Below are positions 10,046 through 23,945 of a stretch of 64,000 nucleotides of DNA, piece after piece. Within the stretch, counting starts at the first letter, position 1; every line of letters begins with the position of its first letter. The translations under genes and the position numbers were made by a program. This DNA is from Octopus sinensis (taxonomy: Eukaryota), in contig NC_043007.1 of NCBI RefSeq assembly GCF_006345805.1, forward strand, positions 4,216,001-4,280,000, in the 5' to 3' direction. Below the pieces are notes generated by a model, which searched no databases, was not told the DNA's origin, and saw only the letters and a list, made by a program, of their open reading frames with translations.

Positions 10046-12114
10046 GTGGAAATACCTTTCTTTTTATATCACTTCACACAATTATAATTACTCTGGTTTT
10101 GCCTTTTTATGGGATAATAATTTTAGACAGTAAGATTGATGGAAGTTACAAATTCATGGTAATTCATTACTTGAATGCAAAGTTAAATTTTAGTGTAAAG
10201 TTAAGACTATTGAAAAGGTTGGAAGCTGCAACAAAAATTTTAGGAAAATTAAAATAAGAAAAAAAGTGGAAATTTTACCAGTGAGTGTGTTACATTATAA
10301 GGCACAAAAAGAAAATGACTCTCCCTAGACACAACAGAATATGCTTCAACACACGAACTCATATAAAGAATCTTGCAAACCAAATCCCAAAACGAAATGA
10401 AAATAAAGTTATAATTCTTTTCTTTCCAAGTTGAATGATCCTTTGAAATCTATCAATCAGGGTCCTAAGATAAGAACAGCTGCTTTTCAAACATATTAAC
10501 TTTTTATACAATCAGTTGTTTAATTTTTCTTCATGTTTTAGTCTATCAGCTTCAGATGTGTAAAAAGTAAAGATTTGAACTCAGGAACGCAGGAACGGTA
10601 ATACCGTTGTCTTCTTCCTCTACACTGCTCTCTGGAATACTAATGGGTTTTTTTCTTTTTCCTTAAGTGCTGATCAAAGGTGTTCCATCTGTGACCATCC
10701 AGTTTTTGTTTAAGGTATAATGTATCCAGGACTACATTACCCTGGTTGTTCAGAGTTCGAACCCTGCCAAGGGCAACTCTGCCTTTCATTCTTTCAGAGT
10801 GGATAAAAGACAGACTAATGCAGTGTTGTGAACCAGCAAAGCTTGAAGATCATTGGATCAACACCTTGCTGCTCATGCTTATTTTTTTGCATTCTGTGTT
10901 CAAATTCCACTCTGGCCTACTTGGGTGATAGACTTAATCTGTGACTTGGCCTAACACCACCACTTGGTACATTGAGGGCCTATAGTGGAATTTTCTCTGT
11001 TACAAACATTCTGGTTTGTGGAGACCATCTCCCACCCATCATACTTCTCTCTCACCTTATTTAGATTTTATAAATGGTGGACAAAATCAAATCTGGCAGG
11101 TTTACTGAATTATTTGGCTGTAAATTTATATGAAATTTTGTGATTAAGGCAACATTTCTAAATATTCAACCTGTGGTCCTCCTGGAAGACAGGTAAATAC
11201 CTGAAATGTTACAGTGTTCCACCTATCACTTCAACTCAACTCACTGTATGAGGGTCATCTTAAAAAGCAGTCTAGACACCTGGGCAAAGCAACATACTCA
11301 GACCCCATTTATTTATTGACTGCAAAGTATGGTGTACATGAATTAGTATTAGTCCCCTAAACCTGTGGGATTTCTGGACAACTTCCCAGTGTGTCCATAC
11401 CTTCAGATGGAACTGCATTGTTAAACAAATGCTTCTTTGAATCCACTAAGGAAAGTCAAAAGGTAAAATTACCTGTAACAGGGTTTGATATCAGAATAAG
11501 TGGAGATGCTATGCAAAACTGAAAGAAATTTACCGTTTCTGCTGCAGTTAAAAAGAAAGATAAAAAAGATGAAACACAAAAGTAATACTTGGTAAAAAGA
11601 AGAATTAAAATGCACAATTCTAGTCTTGTAAAAATTGTGTGGGATGGCATGCATTAAATAATAATACCAAGCAATTTTAAATGACTACTTGTATGTTATA
11701 TAAGTGAGAGGAATTTACAAAGTCATTGAAATAATAATAGGCATTTTCTGTATTATTTTTAATGTTTTAATTTTTACAAAAACTATTTTCAGTTCACCAG
11801 ATCATCTCTATGTATTATACATCATCATCACTATCACCTTCATCATCATCATCATCATCTTCATCATCACCATCATCATAATCATTGAACAAAATGTTAG
11901 CTGAAAAATTACATAGACAAAAAGCTACAACACCTAATCGAAAGAATAGTATAACTCATGTGCCAAGTGGAATTGTTAAATGTAGGCAATTAATTTGGAA
12001 GTCAACTGTCACAACAACCCTGCTGCCACCCTTTATTTTGAGGTCGCCAGTGGGAGTTCCAGCCTTTGTGATGCCAGAGTGCAATTACACCTCAAAATAA
12101 TAAGGATGAAAGAC

Positions 12115-12352
12115 CTACATGTATGTGAGTGCATGTGTATTTGTATGTGTGTGTGTACATACATGTGCATGCATACACAACACTCTCTCTCTCTCACACA
12201 CACACACATACACACCACACACACACACATACACCCCCCACACACACATACACACACACACACACACACACATACACACATACACACACTTGCTTATGTG
12301 TATATGTGTATCTGTGCCCCTGCATGCATTTTGTTTGCATGAATAAGTGTGT

Positions 12353-12399
<47 letters not shown>

Positions 12400-12410
12400 T
12401 GTGTGTGTGT
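12115..12410. repeat. Compound (TG)n/(CA)n/(GA)n microsatellite block
   Basis: Direct reading. Confidence 0.9.
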
Positions 12411-13819
12411 TATTTGTAAGAAGTGGGTGGGGTTTAGAGCGAGGAGTAAGAAAGAGAAAATTATCCACATTACATTTAAACATGTCACTTGCTACAATCC
12501 TCTGAAAAATCTCTAATGAAGGTTTACAGAGGTGTTTTGCTAGTAATTACTAGTGACACACACACACACACACACACACACAAATATATCCTCTACACTA
12601 TTCAAACATTTACATATTTCTGTATGCTAATGCACATACCCACACATGATCACACATACTCCGCTATAGGTACACACACACACACACTCTCTCTCTCTCT
12701 CTCTCTCTCTCCTTCTCTTTTCCTCTACTCCAATCTTTCACATGTACAGACACTCACAGACAAAACAGATATCTATATTCTCACAAGCAGCAGGGTGTGT
12801 GTGTGTGTGAGACAGGGTGGGAGTGAGTGAGAGAGTGTATACCTATCATAAATACACCATTATATTCCTTATACCTGCACACATGTGTGTTTATATCTTT
12901 CTGTTTGTAGTTGTGTGTTGATATTACTTTAACTTACAAACATCTTACACACACATACGTGCACACATGCACATTTACACACACCTATGCATACACTTAC
13001 AAACAGTATAAACATTACTCAAGACTATGCTAGAAATATAAAGAATGTCACTGTAAAAGAGAAAATAAATCTGGAATGGTAAAGACACCCAACAGCAACA
13101 ACCACAGCATCTATAATGACAGCAGTAAAATCCTGCAAAGATGAAGGTAAAAAAAAAGAAAATGTTTCTTCACTCAGAGCTAATTGGTCAATATTGCGAA
13201 AGGAAGGAAGGCATTGAATTAAGCATTATCTTTATATAGAGTATCTTGAATTTTTTGAGTTCTGGGTCAGATTACCAGGGTTAATAGTAGCATCAGTGGT
13301 AATAGTGGTGCTAATGTGGATGGGGATCGTGGTGGAAGGGAGGTGAGGATAATTAGCAGGCTGCACTTTGTCACACATCACAAAGTTTTACTATTAACAG
13401 GTTCAAAAGCTACTCTTTTATTTATACCCTGATTTAGGGTAAACCTTTCCATGATATTGCCACACTACTTGGCATAGTCTCAGAGAGGCAATGGAAAGCT
13501 TGTTTCCACCTTCACTGAAGACTTATCATCATCTTAAGATTTATCAGGAATGGCTTATTTCTTGTCAATATGTTATTCTTGATATTCTAGAAGTTGTAGC
13601 TAAACCTGGTTCACATCGTTCCCTAGCACCTTAAAGAAACACAGATGCATAGCATAATGTATTTCTAGCTGCAATATACCTGAAAATAAGATGGAATTGT
13701 CATGGTTGGAATGCCCTTGAATATAGGCCTCCTCAGTCAGGGTTGACTTGGAATTAAATTACTACAACCACACTGAAATCATGATATAGATATTTTTATA
13801 TTATCCCTAAGGAGCCAAT

Positions 13820-13990
13820 GAGAGAAGTTCTATGAGATCAGTCAACCTGCAAAAAACAGCAGCCAAATCTACTTCAAATCATACCCTACTCTCTCAGAAA
13901 AAAAGATACATTTGGTAACATGGTGTTGGGTTACCTACTCATATGAAGAAGATGGCTGGAGTGTCTTTGATCAGAGCTGATCTGAAACTA
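13820..13990 (-). repeat. High-copy interspersed repeat (ccccaggtcagccctgat...caaaggcattccagccatgacc family)
   Basis: Related decayed copies at about 10650-10740, 13700-13750, 20600-20770, 22380-22560, 24420-24600, 24690-24890, 25130-25280, 37190-37260, 51420-51610, 55040-55115, 57840-57960, 58480-58660 and 63421-63560. Confidence 0.65.
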
Positions 13991-14040
13991 AACAACAACA
14001 CTAACATCTTTATTTAATGTATTTTGCATCAGTACCACCA

Positions 14041-14410
14041 CAACCACATGGTTCCAGGTTCAGTCCCACTGCGTGGCACCTTGGGCAAGTGTCTTCTACT
14101 ATAGCCTCAGGCCGACCAAAGACTTGTGAGTGGATTTGGTAGACGGAAACTGAAAGAAACCCGTCGTATATATGTATATATATGTATGTGTGTGTGTGTG
14201 TTTGTGTGTCTGTGTTTGTCCCCCAACATCGCTTGACAACCGATGCTGGTGTGTTTACGTCCCCGTAACTTAGCAGTTCGGCAAGAGAGACCGTTAGAAT
14301 AAGTACTAGGCTTACAAAGAATAAGTCCTGGTGTCGATTTGCTCGGCTAAAGGTGGTGCTCCAGCATGGCCACAGTCAAATGACTGAAACAAGTAAAAAA
14401 ACAAAAGAGA
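14041..14410 (+). mobile_element. tRNA-derived SINE (OK-like family with internal (TG)n)
   Basis: ggttcagtcccactgcgtggcaccttgggcaagtgtcttctactatagc...gaaactgaaagaa-(TA/TG)n-...gactgaaacaagtaaaa. Homologs at 42211, 52155 and 56500. Confidence 0.8.
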
Positions 14411-14774
14411 GTAATCCCCTCCCTCCCCCCTCCTCCATCATCTTGCAATCATTATCAAATTTCTGGTATTCCTATATTTTCCACCTACTACCACATCATC
14501 ATCATTATCATCATCATCATCAACAGCATACCGTGACCATCACAACATTACAGGAACCATAGTCACCACTAAAAATCTTATGACCATCCCCTCACTTTGA
14601 CAATCCCTTCACCACAAATAATACAAACACCAATACCACTATAGCTACCCTTGCAATTGACTACCATCGCCCCCCCCCCCCCCCGCGCCCCCTCTGCATC
14701 TCTGCCATGACAGTAACCACTTCTTACACCAGAATTGCATCTTCTTCGCCTCAACCTCCACCTCTACTCACTGT

Positions 14775-14805
<31 letters not shown>

Positions 14806-14850
14806 AACATAGAACTACTACTACTACTACTACTACAACTATAGCTACTA
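14775..14850. repeat. (TAC)n microsatellite
   Basis: Direct reading. Confidence 0.9.
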
Positions 14851-15164
14851 CTTCAGAATCACTAAGTTCCTACCACTGCTCTCATCACCACCGGCACTAC
14901 AGTCTGCCCTAACCACACAGCCACCACCATTCACTGCCAACCTCAACCACTACCTAACCACCCTGCCAAATTTGCATTCCTTTCATCTGGAATTTGGTCT
15001 GAAATTTAACATAATTTCACCTCAGAGATTTTAGAATCAGAATATCAATTCCAACTGATGCCAGAGCGTCAGAGAACCAAAAATCTCTGGAGAATGGAAA
15101 TTTAGTTCTGTTTTGGTTGTTGTAATAAAATATAAAAGAAAAACATTACTTTCATGTACTACTG

Positions 15165-15200
<36 letters not shown>

Positions 15201-15439
15201 TTGTTGTTGTTACTATGATAGTCTTTTAATCAATAATCAATCGCTTAACTTACTGATATTGTTCTTATTACTCAATATTATTTGTTAAGCTTATTTCAAC
15301 CTACCTCTTCAGCCTAATCTTGTTTCTTCCTCTTCATCTTCTTGTGTATGTATGTATGTATGTATGTATGTATGTATGTATGTATGTATATGTTTGGATG
15401 TGTGTGTGTTGATATACACAAATGGTTTAAACATAAAGT

Positions 15440-16330
15440 TGTAGGTTTTTCACTATGGGCAGATATAATCCTGTTTCATCTCGGTTGTTTCATAATCTGG
15501 TAGAATATGTACATGAATACCTTTGTCGTCATTATGCTTTTCCATTAAATAAAACATCCACTTAAGTGGTGGCCATTTATTTGTGCATGTTTCCATGTAG
15601 CATGAGATGATTGTTGCACAAAGCATCTGCATAGCCTGGAACAGAATCCAGAGTCCAAATCCAGCAGCAACACTGATTCGAGACCAGATCCAAAAGCAGG
15701 GCTGACTGGCAACTGGGTTCATTAATTTCTTCTTTTTTTTTAAAGGTTTTTTTTTTATGAGGTTGAAGATATAACACAGCTGGGCAAACAAGTGGCAAAA
15801 CTTGTTGAAGCATTCATGCTTCTTGCATTTATGGGTTGTGCCATGGATGGTATCTTTATATAGCGGCGAGCTGACAGAATCGTTAGCACGCCGGGCGAAA
15901 TGCGTAGCTGTATTTCGTCTGCCGTTACGTTCTGAGTTCAAATTCCACCGAGGTCAACTATGCCTTTCATCCTTTCGGGGTCAATAAATTAAGTACCAGT
16001 TACGCACTGGGAGAAGTATGTATAGACTATGGATATAATCGACTTAATCCGTTTGTCTGTCCTTGTTTGTCCTCTCTGTGTTTAGCCCCTTGTGGGTAGT
16101 AAAGAAATAGGTATCTTTATATAGCTAGATGGGATAGAAGGTCCAAGTTGAGTTTCCTGTCACTGAACATAATGTAACACTGGGGCTAAAACATAAACAG
16201 TTGATCAATTATAAACTCAGTGAGTTAGACATTACATGAATACTTCTTGATCCTGATATGACTTACAATTGCGATTGCTGAATAGTTGATCAATAATTTG
16301 AAATCAGCCATGCATCAACTGCAAATTCTA
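15440..16330 (+). mobile_element. Possible decayed CR1/L2-type RT remnants, interrupted by a SINE
   Basis: SWANKWQNLLKHSCFLHLW (about 15778-15835) resembles the CR1 motif WA.KWQ..FN..KC.VLH.G. KLSELDIT..LL at about 16212 resembles KL...GI.G.LL. Confidence 0.3.
15865..16109 (+). mobile_element. tRNA-derived SINE with Meta-domain-like core and perfect 16-bp TSD
   Basis: gagctgacagaatcgttagc...gagttcaaattcc...gcctttcatcctttcggggtc-aataaattaagtaccag. TSD ggtatctttatatagc at 15849-15864 and 16110-16125. Confidence 0.88.
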
Positions 16331-16909
16331 ATCGTATGGCTATACCAGTCATTGGCATAGCAGTAGCATCATCCCCTTGTTAACTAAACAGCAACGTGAG
16401 AGGCTAGTATGAGGCTTACTCAGCCAGATATTTTCCACATTTCAGCAACTATCCTTTACGGTCCACTTCCTTTCCCTGCCTTTATATATTTTTAATTGTG
16501 CTTGCAACCACCATACTGCTGATAGCTTCAATGGCTGCTCTCCATGTTGAGTCTGCACGGTGCAAGTGTACTGTTAACAGTCCATTCACACTTCTCTCTT
16601 TGCACACTGCCTTGCAATCCCAAACATGTTTATGCCTCGGAATACGTAACAAATCTCTTTTAGTTTCTCTTGTTTTTTTATAACTAGCGTTTCAGTTTCT
16701 CTTCTAGCTGTACCACATTGCCCTTGTTGCTCCTGTGGTCTTTGATACAACCTAGCCCATGCCTGTACTCTGGTGAGAACAATCCCGTGTTGCATTACTA
16801 TCCATTGTTCACAGAAATCAAAGAAAGTCTCTCCGCGTGTAGATTCATTCTTCCACAAAACATTCAGCTGCCAAAGGAGAAGAATGTGTGCGTATGTATA
16901 GGCATGTCT

Positions 16910-17060
16910 GTCATCATCATCATCAACATCCAGTGTTTTAAATCTGGGTTTTGTCTCCATTAACAGGGGTGGTTGGATCTACCTCAATACCATAGCAACC
17001 GTCCTCATACCATCTCGCCATCTTGCCCAGTTTTGAGCCTCCTCCTTTTTCAAACCAACC
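16910..17060 (-). mobile_element. 3' end of RTE-type non-autonomous element with (GAT)n tail
   Basis: Reverse complement matches 48755-48828 (ggttgctatgg.attgaggtagatcca.ccacc...gacaaaaccc.gatttaaaacactggatg). Confidence 0.7.
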
Positions 17061-18449
17061 CTCCCAATTTCCTCCTCCACCTTTTCCTGTATATGTGCAT
17101 TTTTCATTTTACATGTTTTTCAAAGCAAGCACGAGTTGGATTAATGCATGTTATTATTGAGGTAATCTCTTCTTACCACTAATCTTTACTTGTTCATCAA
17201 GTAAGGGATTTTTTTTTTTTACTCCACTTATCTTCAAAAGTACAGTTGACTGGACATTACTGTGTTTTTCTGGACACTTTCATGCAAAGACACATAATGT
17301 AAGCATTTACAAGGACATACCTAGACATCCAGTTTCTGCTTACCAATTCTGCTGACAAGGCATTGGTCAGCCTGAGACTAGAGTAGAGGTACCTTGCTCA
17401 AGGTACAACATTATTCGATAGAACTTGCAACCATGTGTTTACACAACCATGTATACACATACACATACAAAAATATGCACACTCATTTATACACACACAT
17501 ATTCTCTCTCTCCTTTGCACACTCTCTCTCTCTCTCTCTTTCACATATAAATGCATACATAAATGGATGGACTCTCCCTTGACCATCTAGTTGATCAGTC
17601 AACTGGACTACTTCCTCATTGAATTAGCTTGCAAAGAGGTACACACACCCCTAATGTAATGTTCAGCTCACGCAAAAGTGATAAAACTGAACCTTGGAAT
17701 TATTATGGGTTTAACCTATCTGGTGGCCATCCATACAGTTTCAATCCACTCAATTTACCTTACATGAACTGGGTTAACTTGAAGCTATAGTAAAGACACT
17801 AGTACAAGGTGCCCCACCGTGGGACTGAACACGTGACGCTATGGTTAGAAAGCAAACTTGTTCATCACTCAGCCATACCAATATGCAGCATGAGCACACA
17901 CGTGCACAAATGCATGCACACACACACACACACACACACAAATAAATAAATAAATAAATAAATAAACAAATAAAACGTTAATAGATGTCTTCATTACAGG
18001 TTTGATTTAATTGAGACCAGACATTTAGCATGCTGTGCTGCATAATTTTTGTAAGCTCAAGTGTAACAGGAACTGCAATGCTGCACTGCATAGCTTTCTA
18101 GTCACCAGAAATGTTGCAATTAAGGGGAAAGCTGCACTAATGCATAACCTTTTCACTCTGCTTTGTACTTATGGGGTTAATATTGTCTCCATCTTTTAGG
18201 AATTTCTACTGATATTAAATAACTATGCAAACACAAATACACTCTCTCACACTCTCACACGCATGCGTACACATTCACACATGCACACACACTTAAATAT
18301 ACGCATATTCACACATTTGCGAATGTGGCTGTGTGTATGTATGTATGTATGTATGAATATATCTATATATATATAGACACATACATGCATACACATGCAC
18401 ATACACACAATACATCACACAGGTGTGTGTGTAGATATGTTACAATCTG

Positions 18450-18488
<39 letters not shown>

Positions 18489-19288
18489 AATATGCCCCTT
18501 TTTATGCTTTATATATATGTAGTTGGATTTGTCTGAATTTCACATGCGTATGGAGTTTTCATCCCTCCTGCCATCCTCCTCTCTCTTTCTCTCTTCATAT
18601 CCATTCACAAACACACACAAACATACACACATTTGCATGTGTTGAATAATTATACCTATACACACGCATGTATGACTGTTTGATGTACATGGATTGGCAC
18701 CAGTGATAGCTAAGATAATTATTTAACAGCATAAGTCAGGTAAGTGAAGTTTATTGAACAGTTCGGGTTTTTGGTTCATGGATAGGCAAATTAAATTTGG
18801 CACTCAACATTTGTCTTGGCAAATTCATTAGAGAGAGAGAGAAAAAAAAGAAGGAAACAGCATTTGAAGGTGAAGAAGGACAAAGTCATCAGTATAAAGG
18901 AGATGATTAATAAAATCATTTTGACAGCTAATGATTTGATTTTAGAAACTTGCTGTTAAGATTTCGATTGTTGTTGTGGTTCCTGTTGTTGATGCTTTAA
19001 TCTTTGTCTTCGTGATCTTCAGCTGTTTTCTGCAAGAAATGTGTTCATGCAGAAGCACTTGCACCCCCCCACACACACCATCATGATCACCACCACCACC
19101 ACCACCAGCACCACCACCATTGTTTTATGCATCTTATTTTCCAAAGCTTGCATGGATTGAATAAACTTCTCAGGGCAATATTCTATGGCTGGATGCCCTT
19201 CCTGATGTCAACACTTGCTTGTTTTCAAGTGAGCAAATTTATCTCATGTCTTCACCTGATGAACCACTGAGCTACAGGACTTCATGAA

Positions 19289-20187
19289 TAAAGTGGTATC
19301 ATAATGTTCCTGGACTAGTCATGATTGATAAAAAATAACTTATTTACCTAAGTTTTAACATCGTCTCCTTTGAAATAGTCACCTTGCACAGCAATACACT
19401 GGTCCCAGCATCCCTGCAACTTTTAGAATCCAGCCAGGAAGTCATTTTCTGTAAGCGAGCCGAGAACCTTCTGTGATTTGCTCTAGATTTTGACAACATT
19501 GTTAAAATGGTGACCTTTGAGCTGTATTTTCATCTTGGGGAAAAACTGGAAGCCCGGAAGAACTAAATCTGGCAAATAGGGTGGGTGCGGAAGTGTTATG
19601 TTGTTTTTGGCTTGAAAGTCATGAGTGAGGAGAGCTGGGTGACAGAGTGCTTTGTCGTTGTGAAGAATCTAATTCTTCAAGCTCCACAGATCCAGTTGCT
19701 TTTGCCAAATGTCCTCCTTCAAATGACATCATTGATTGTTCTCTGACGATCCTCATGTGTGAGTTGATGAATTCTCTACACATTTCTGAGAGTGACGCTC
19801 ATGGCAGGTCTTCTAGATCACTCATCGTCTTCCAGGCATGTTTTTCTGTCTTTGAAATGCCTGTACCACTCAAAACATTGCATAAAAACATTACCTCATC
19901 ACCATAAGCTTGCCAAAGCATGCTCAATGTCTATGGAGCAGACTTTCCAAGTTTAATGCAAAATTTCACGTTGGCTCTTTGTTCCTGTCTATGACAAAAA
20001 TTGCAGACTACAGCATAAACATGATCATAAAAACACAAATTTTACAACTTGTAAAATAAATACAGCAATGTCACTCAGTACCCTGCATCATGAAGGTCAC
20101 TGCAAGCTCTCACTGCATATGCAACGGTGTGCTGCCATCTGTTGGCATGCTACAGAACTAGCCCAGAAACTCTGATACCACCTCATA
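19289..20187 (-). mobile_element. Internally deleted mariner (DD34D-type) transposon, pseudogenised transposase
   Basis: About 30-bp TIRs (taaagtggtatcataatgttcctggactagt / actagcccagaaactctgataccacctcata) ending in TA. Minus strand encodes ILHNDKALCH...LPHPPYLPDL (YSPDLAP motif)...QCIAVQGDYFKG. Confidence 0.9.
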
Positions 20188-21136
20188 ACCTCATATGTAG
20201 GACATAGGCAATGTCAGTGTTCATAATTGAATTCACTGTGAAGACACACTGGGACAATACACTCACACACACACACACACCACACACACACACATACATG
20301 CATATGTATTACACATGTACAAGCAGGTTGGGTTTGATCACACAGCTGGCACTTTAGGTAAGTGTTTTTTAACCAAAGATGCTGGTGGACCAATGCCTTG
20401 CAAGTGAAATTTTGGTAGACAGAAACTGTCTGGTCGTGTGTTAAATGTGTATGTTTTTATACATGTATTAATTACACCACACACACACACACACACACAC
20501 ACACAACACACACACGCATGCACAAACACACGCACAAAAGAAACTTCCTAAATCCAGTAGAATAGAACAGATGCTAGTCCCTCACATACTCAGTCAGGTT
20601 GTTGCTGTTTAACCTTATGATCAGAGGCATTATGGCTATGGTCATTCCATTGTTTTGGAGCTATGTAGAACAACTTTTCATAATGTATTAAAACAGTAGG
20701 ATCTGATTTGAGGGAAATTTAACAGTTATTTCTAGCTAGTTTGACAACCATGGTGAGGTTCCTTCATTAGTTTATAATCAGTTATATAGCATAAGGAGGT
20801 GTCATCACCAATGACTGGCAAACATGTATCATCATCAATGGCTATAATGAACGACGAACAAGAAGCTCTAGAAATAAGCAAAAAATCAAATTGATGGACC
20901 AAATTATGTAATTAACAGAAATAGTTACACTGCAGCTATTTAGGAGAGTTAGTTGGAATGGAAAATATTTGAGGATCCTATTAAAAAATGGCCCTTCCAA
21001 TATCTTCTCAATACTGAGTTAGCTGCATAAGTTCTTTGTTACGAGCAAACCATTATATTAATCATTTGTTGATCTGGAGAGTGCACTGGACAAGGGGCTT
21101 TATTCTGTCGTTTGGTAATTGCTAAGTTCCCATAAT

Positions 21137-21508
21137 TCTTTTTTGGAAGCACTCCGTCGGTTACGACGATGAGGGTTCCGGTTGATCCGAATCAACGGAA
21201 CAGCCTGCTCATGAAATTAACATGTAAGTGGCTGAGCACTCCACAGACACGTGTACCCTTAACGTAGTTCTCGGGGATATTCAGCGTGACACAGAGAGTG
21301 ACAAGGCCGGCCCTTTGAAATACAGGTACAACAGAAACAGGAAGTAAGAGTGAGAGAAAGTTGTGGTGAAAGAGTACAGCAGGGATCACCACCATCCTTT
21401 AGGTGTTTTCGCTGAATAAACACTCACAATGCCCGGTCTGGGAATTGAAACCGCGATCCTATGACCGTGAGTCCGCTACCCTAACCATTGGGCCATTGCG
21501 CCTCCACC
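21137..21508 (-). mobile_element. Full-length tRNA(Arg-like)-derived SINE with 11-bp TSD
   Basis: Head gtggaggcgcaatggcccaatggttagg...ggtttcaattcccagaccggg has A and B boxes. TSD gttcccataat at 21126-21136 and 21509-21519. Confidence 0.88.
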
Positions 21509-21549
21509 GTTCCCATAATATCAAATGTAGATAAATAGATTATGACAGC

Positions 21550-22370
21550 CATATCGACCATGTACAGGTGAGTGATAGCAGTGATTTTGGTAAAGAACCT
21601 GGCATGCAGTTATGGTTAATTATGTTTCCTTGCCATAAAGAGGAGTCCAAGACTGTCTGGAGAACAGCTGTATAGTCATGATGTACCTCTCGTTTCTGAA
21701 CCATCTAAAGACATAGAGATGCAGTTGAATATATGGAAGCAAAGCCTATATTCAGGAACTCTAAAAGTAAACCTCTGAGATTAGTATTTTAGTGACAAAG
21801 AATAGTGATCAGCCACTTGGGAACTGATAAGGCTTATTATGCCCAAAAAGGTGTAGGTAAGAAGTCTGTACTGTACACATAATAATACAAGAAATGCAGT
21901 GGAATTATGCGTAAAGAAATAAGACTTCACGTGGAGCAGTAAGTGCATTCATTATTCCAAATGATGGAAAGAAGCCTCCCTAAAAATACTTGAAACATTC
22001 ATTAACTGAGACGGCCAAGAAATCCAAGCATATTAACCAGTGTAAGGACAAGGTTGAAAAACTTTGGGGAGCTGTTACCTCTGTTGGCATCAAGGGGATT
22101 ACTTCTTTGAATGACAAGTAGATGCTTGTGTACAAAGTGTAATATTGCATAGAAGCAATACAAAAGTAATGAATGCAGTGGACATGCAAAAGCTGGACAG
22201 GAACGAGGTATGTATGCTGGATGTCTGCACAGATGTCAGAGCACAAATTAGCTGAGAGGAAAACTTCTGAGAAGACTAAACGAGGATGGATATGTAATGC
22301 CTATAAAAGGATGACAGTAGGATAAAAAGGTGTCAAGACATCAAAGTAGTACTCTATACACAATGAAAGA
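21550..22370 (+). mobile_element. Older, diverged RTE-clade RT fragment
   Basis: GEQLYSHDVPLVSE...WKQSLYSGTLKVNL and NFGELLPLLASRG align by eye to the RTE copies (LLYADDL...WKQGLESKGLRVNL; FRELLPLLVTKG). Confidence 0.75.
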
Positions 22371-22861
22371 TTCTCAATATAGTTGTTCGACCTACTAGAA
22401 ATAACAGTTAAATCTCTCTTAAATCATGTCTCATTATCATAGAAAAGGACAAAGTGCGTAGTATTGTCCTGGATTTCTTCAAAGAAAGGAAAAAGATGGA
22501 TCGATAATAACTAGAATGCCTTTAATTATAGAGCAGATTGATCAGAGTTGATTTAGGTGTCAGTGAAAGCAGTAATAGAAAGGATTCCAGACATACACAC
22601 ACAAAGCCATTTGTTCTGAAATTGTCAATCTATTTGACCCCAGTCCTTGACTGGTGTTTTATTCATTCCAGAAACATGAAATGCCATGGAATTCGAATGT
22701 GAAATTTTTGGGAAGTAATAAATAATACCACCAGGTATTTTGTCCATTGCTCTACAGATTCTATCAGTCCAATAAAAAATATTTCTCATCTAGAAATGAA
22801 TCTTGATTTCTTTAGAAATACAACAGTTCAAACATCTACATTTGGATTTTCCAAAGATTAT

Positions 22862-23093
22862 TATTTCTTTACTGCCCACAAGGGGCTAAACACAGAGGGG
22901 ACAAACAAGGACAAACAAAGGGATTAAGTTGATTACATCGACTCCAGTGCGTAGCTGGTACTTAATTTATCAACCCTGAAAGGATGAAAGGCAAAGTCAA
23001 CCTCAGCGAAATTTGAACTCAGAGCGTAACGGCAGACGAAATATGGCTACGCATTTCGCCCGGTGTGCTAACGATTCCGTCAGTTCGCCACCT
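22862..23093 (-). mobile_element. Meta-domain-like SINE
   Basis: Reverse complement of the family at 15865-16109. Confidence 0.88.
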
Positions 23094-23413
23094 TAGAAGG
23101 ATTTTTGAAAAATTATTATCAATTTAATTAATGTGAAGTTGCATACAACGAAGTATTGAGACTTGAGTATCTTGCCTGCAGCTTCCCTGTATATTTTGCC
23201 ACTCATCACTTTGATGCACTAAAAATGCTAAAGTTTTTCATAGAATTAGGTATCAGCACCAAATAAGCTTTTCCAAACACCAACGGTGGGAAATGAAACA
23301 TTTGGAATATGTAGTTGTGTGTGTATGTGTGTGTAATATGCTTGTACGCACACATGTTTATATTTATGTCTGTGTATGGTTGTATGTACTGGCAATGTAC
23401 ACACTCAAACATG

Positions 23414-23452
<39 letters not shown>

Positions 23453-23749
23453 ATAACAATAGCAAAAACGAATTGCCAGTCTGATAGAAAATTTAGGCTT
23501 ATATATATATATATATATATAAAAAAAAAGGAAACACAGATTTAGTTTTTGTTTAAAGTTGAGAATGTTGTAAAGTAGACACTTAGCTGAAATGTCTCAA
23601 TATGACATGTGCATTAAGGATAATGCATACATTTATGCTGTGTGTTCAGTGGGGGGAGGGGAGCATGTATTTTGGTGCATACTGAAAAGTGCATGCCTGA
23701 TATCATGGCGTATCAATGGAAGGGCGAGAGAAAGAAAGAGAAAAAAAGC

Positions 23750-23869
23750 AGTGAGAGAGAGAGTTGTTGAAAAGGGTGTTGAGAGAGAAAAAGAGAGTTG
23801 TTGAAAAGGGTGTTGAGAGAGAGAGAGAAAGAAAGAGAGAGAGAGAGAGATAAATAGATAGATAAATAG

Positions 23870-23906
<37 letters not shown>

Positions 23907-23945
23907 GAGAGAGAGAGAGTTGTTGAAAAGGGTGTTGAGGCTTGA
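23750..23945. repeat. (GA)n/(GATA)n tract with three copies of gagttgttgaaaagggtgttgag
   Basis: Direct reading; copies near 23760, 23795 and 23917. Confidence 0.85.

Noticed and set aside
21410-21507. tRNA gene (also 1850-1961 and 47338-47410)
   Set aside because: A and B boxes are present, but there is no complete cloverleaf and the heads run into SINE bodies, one bounded by a TSD.
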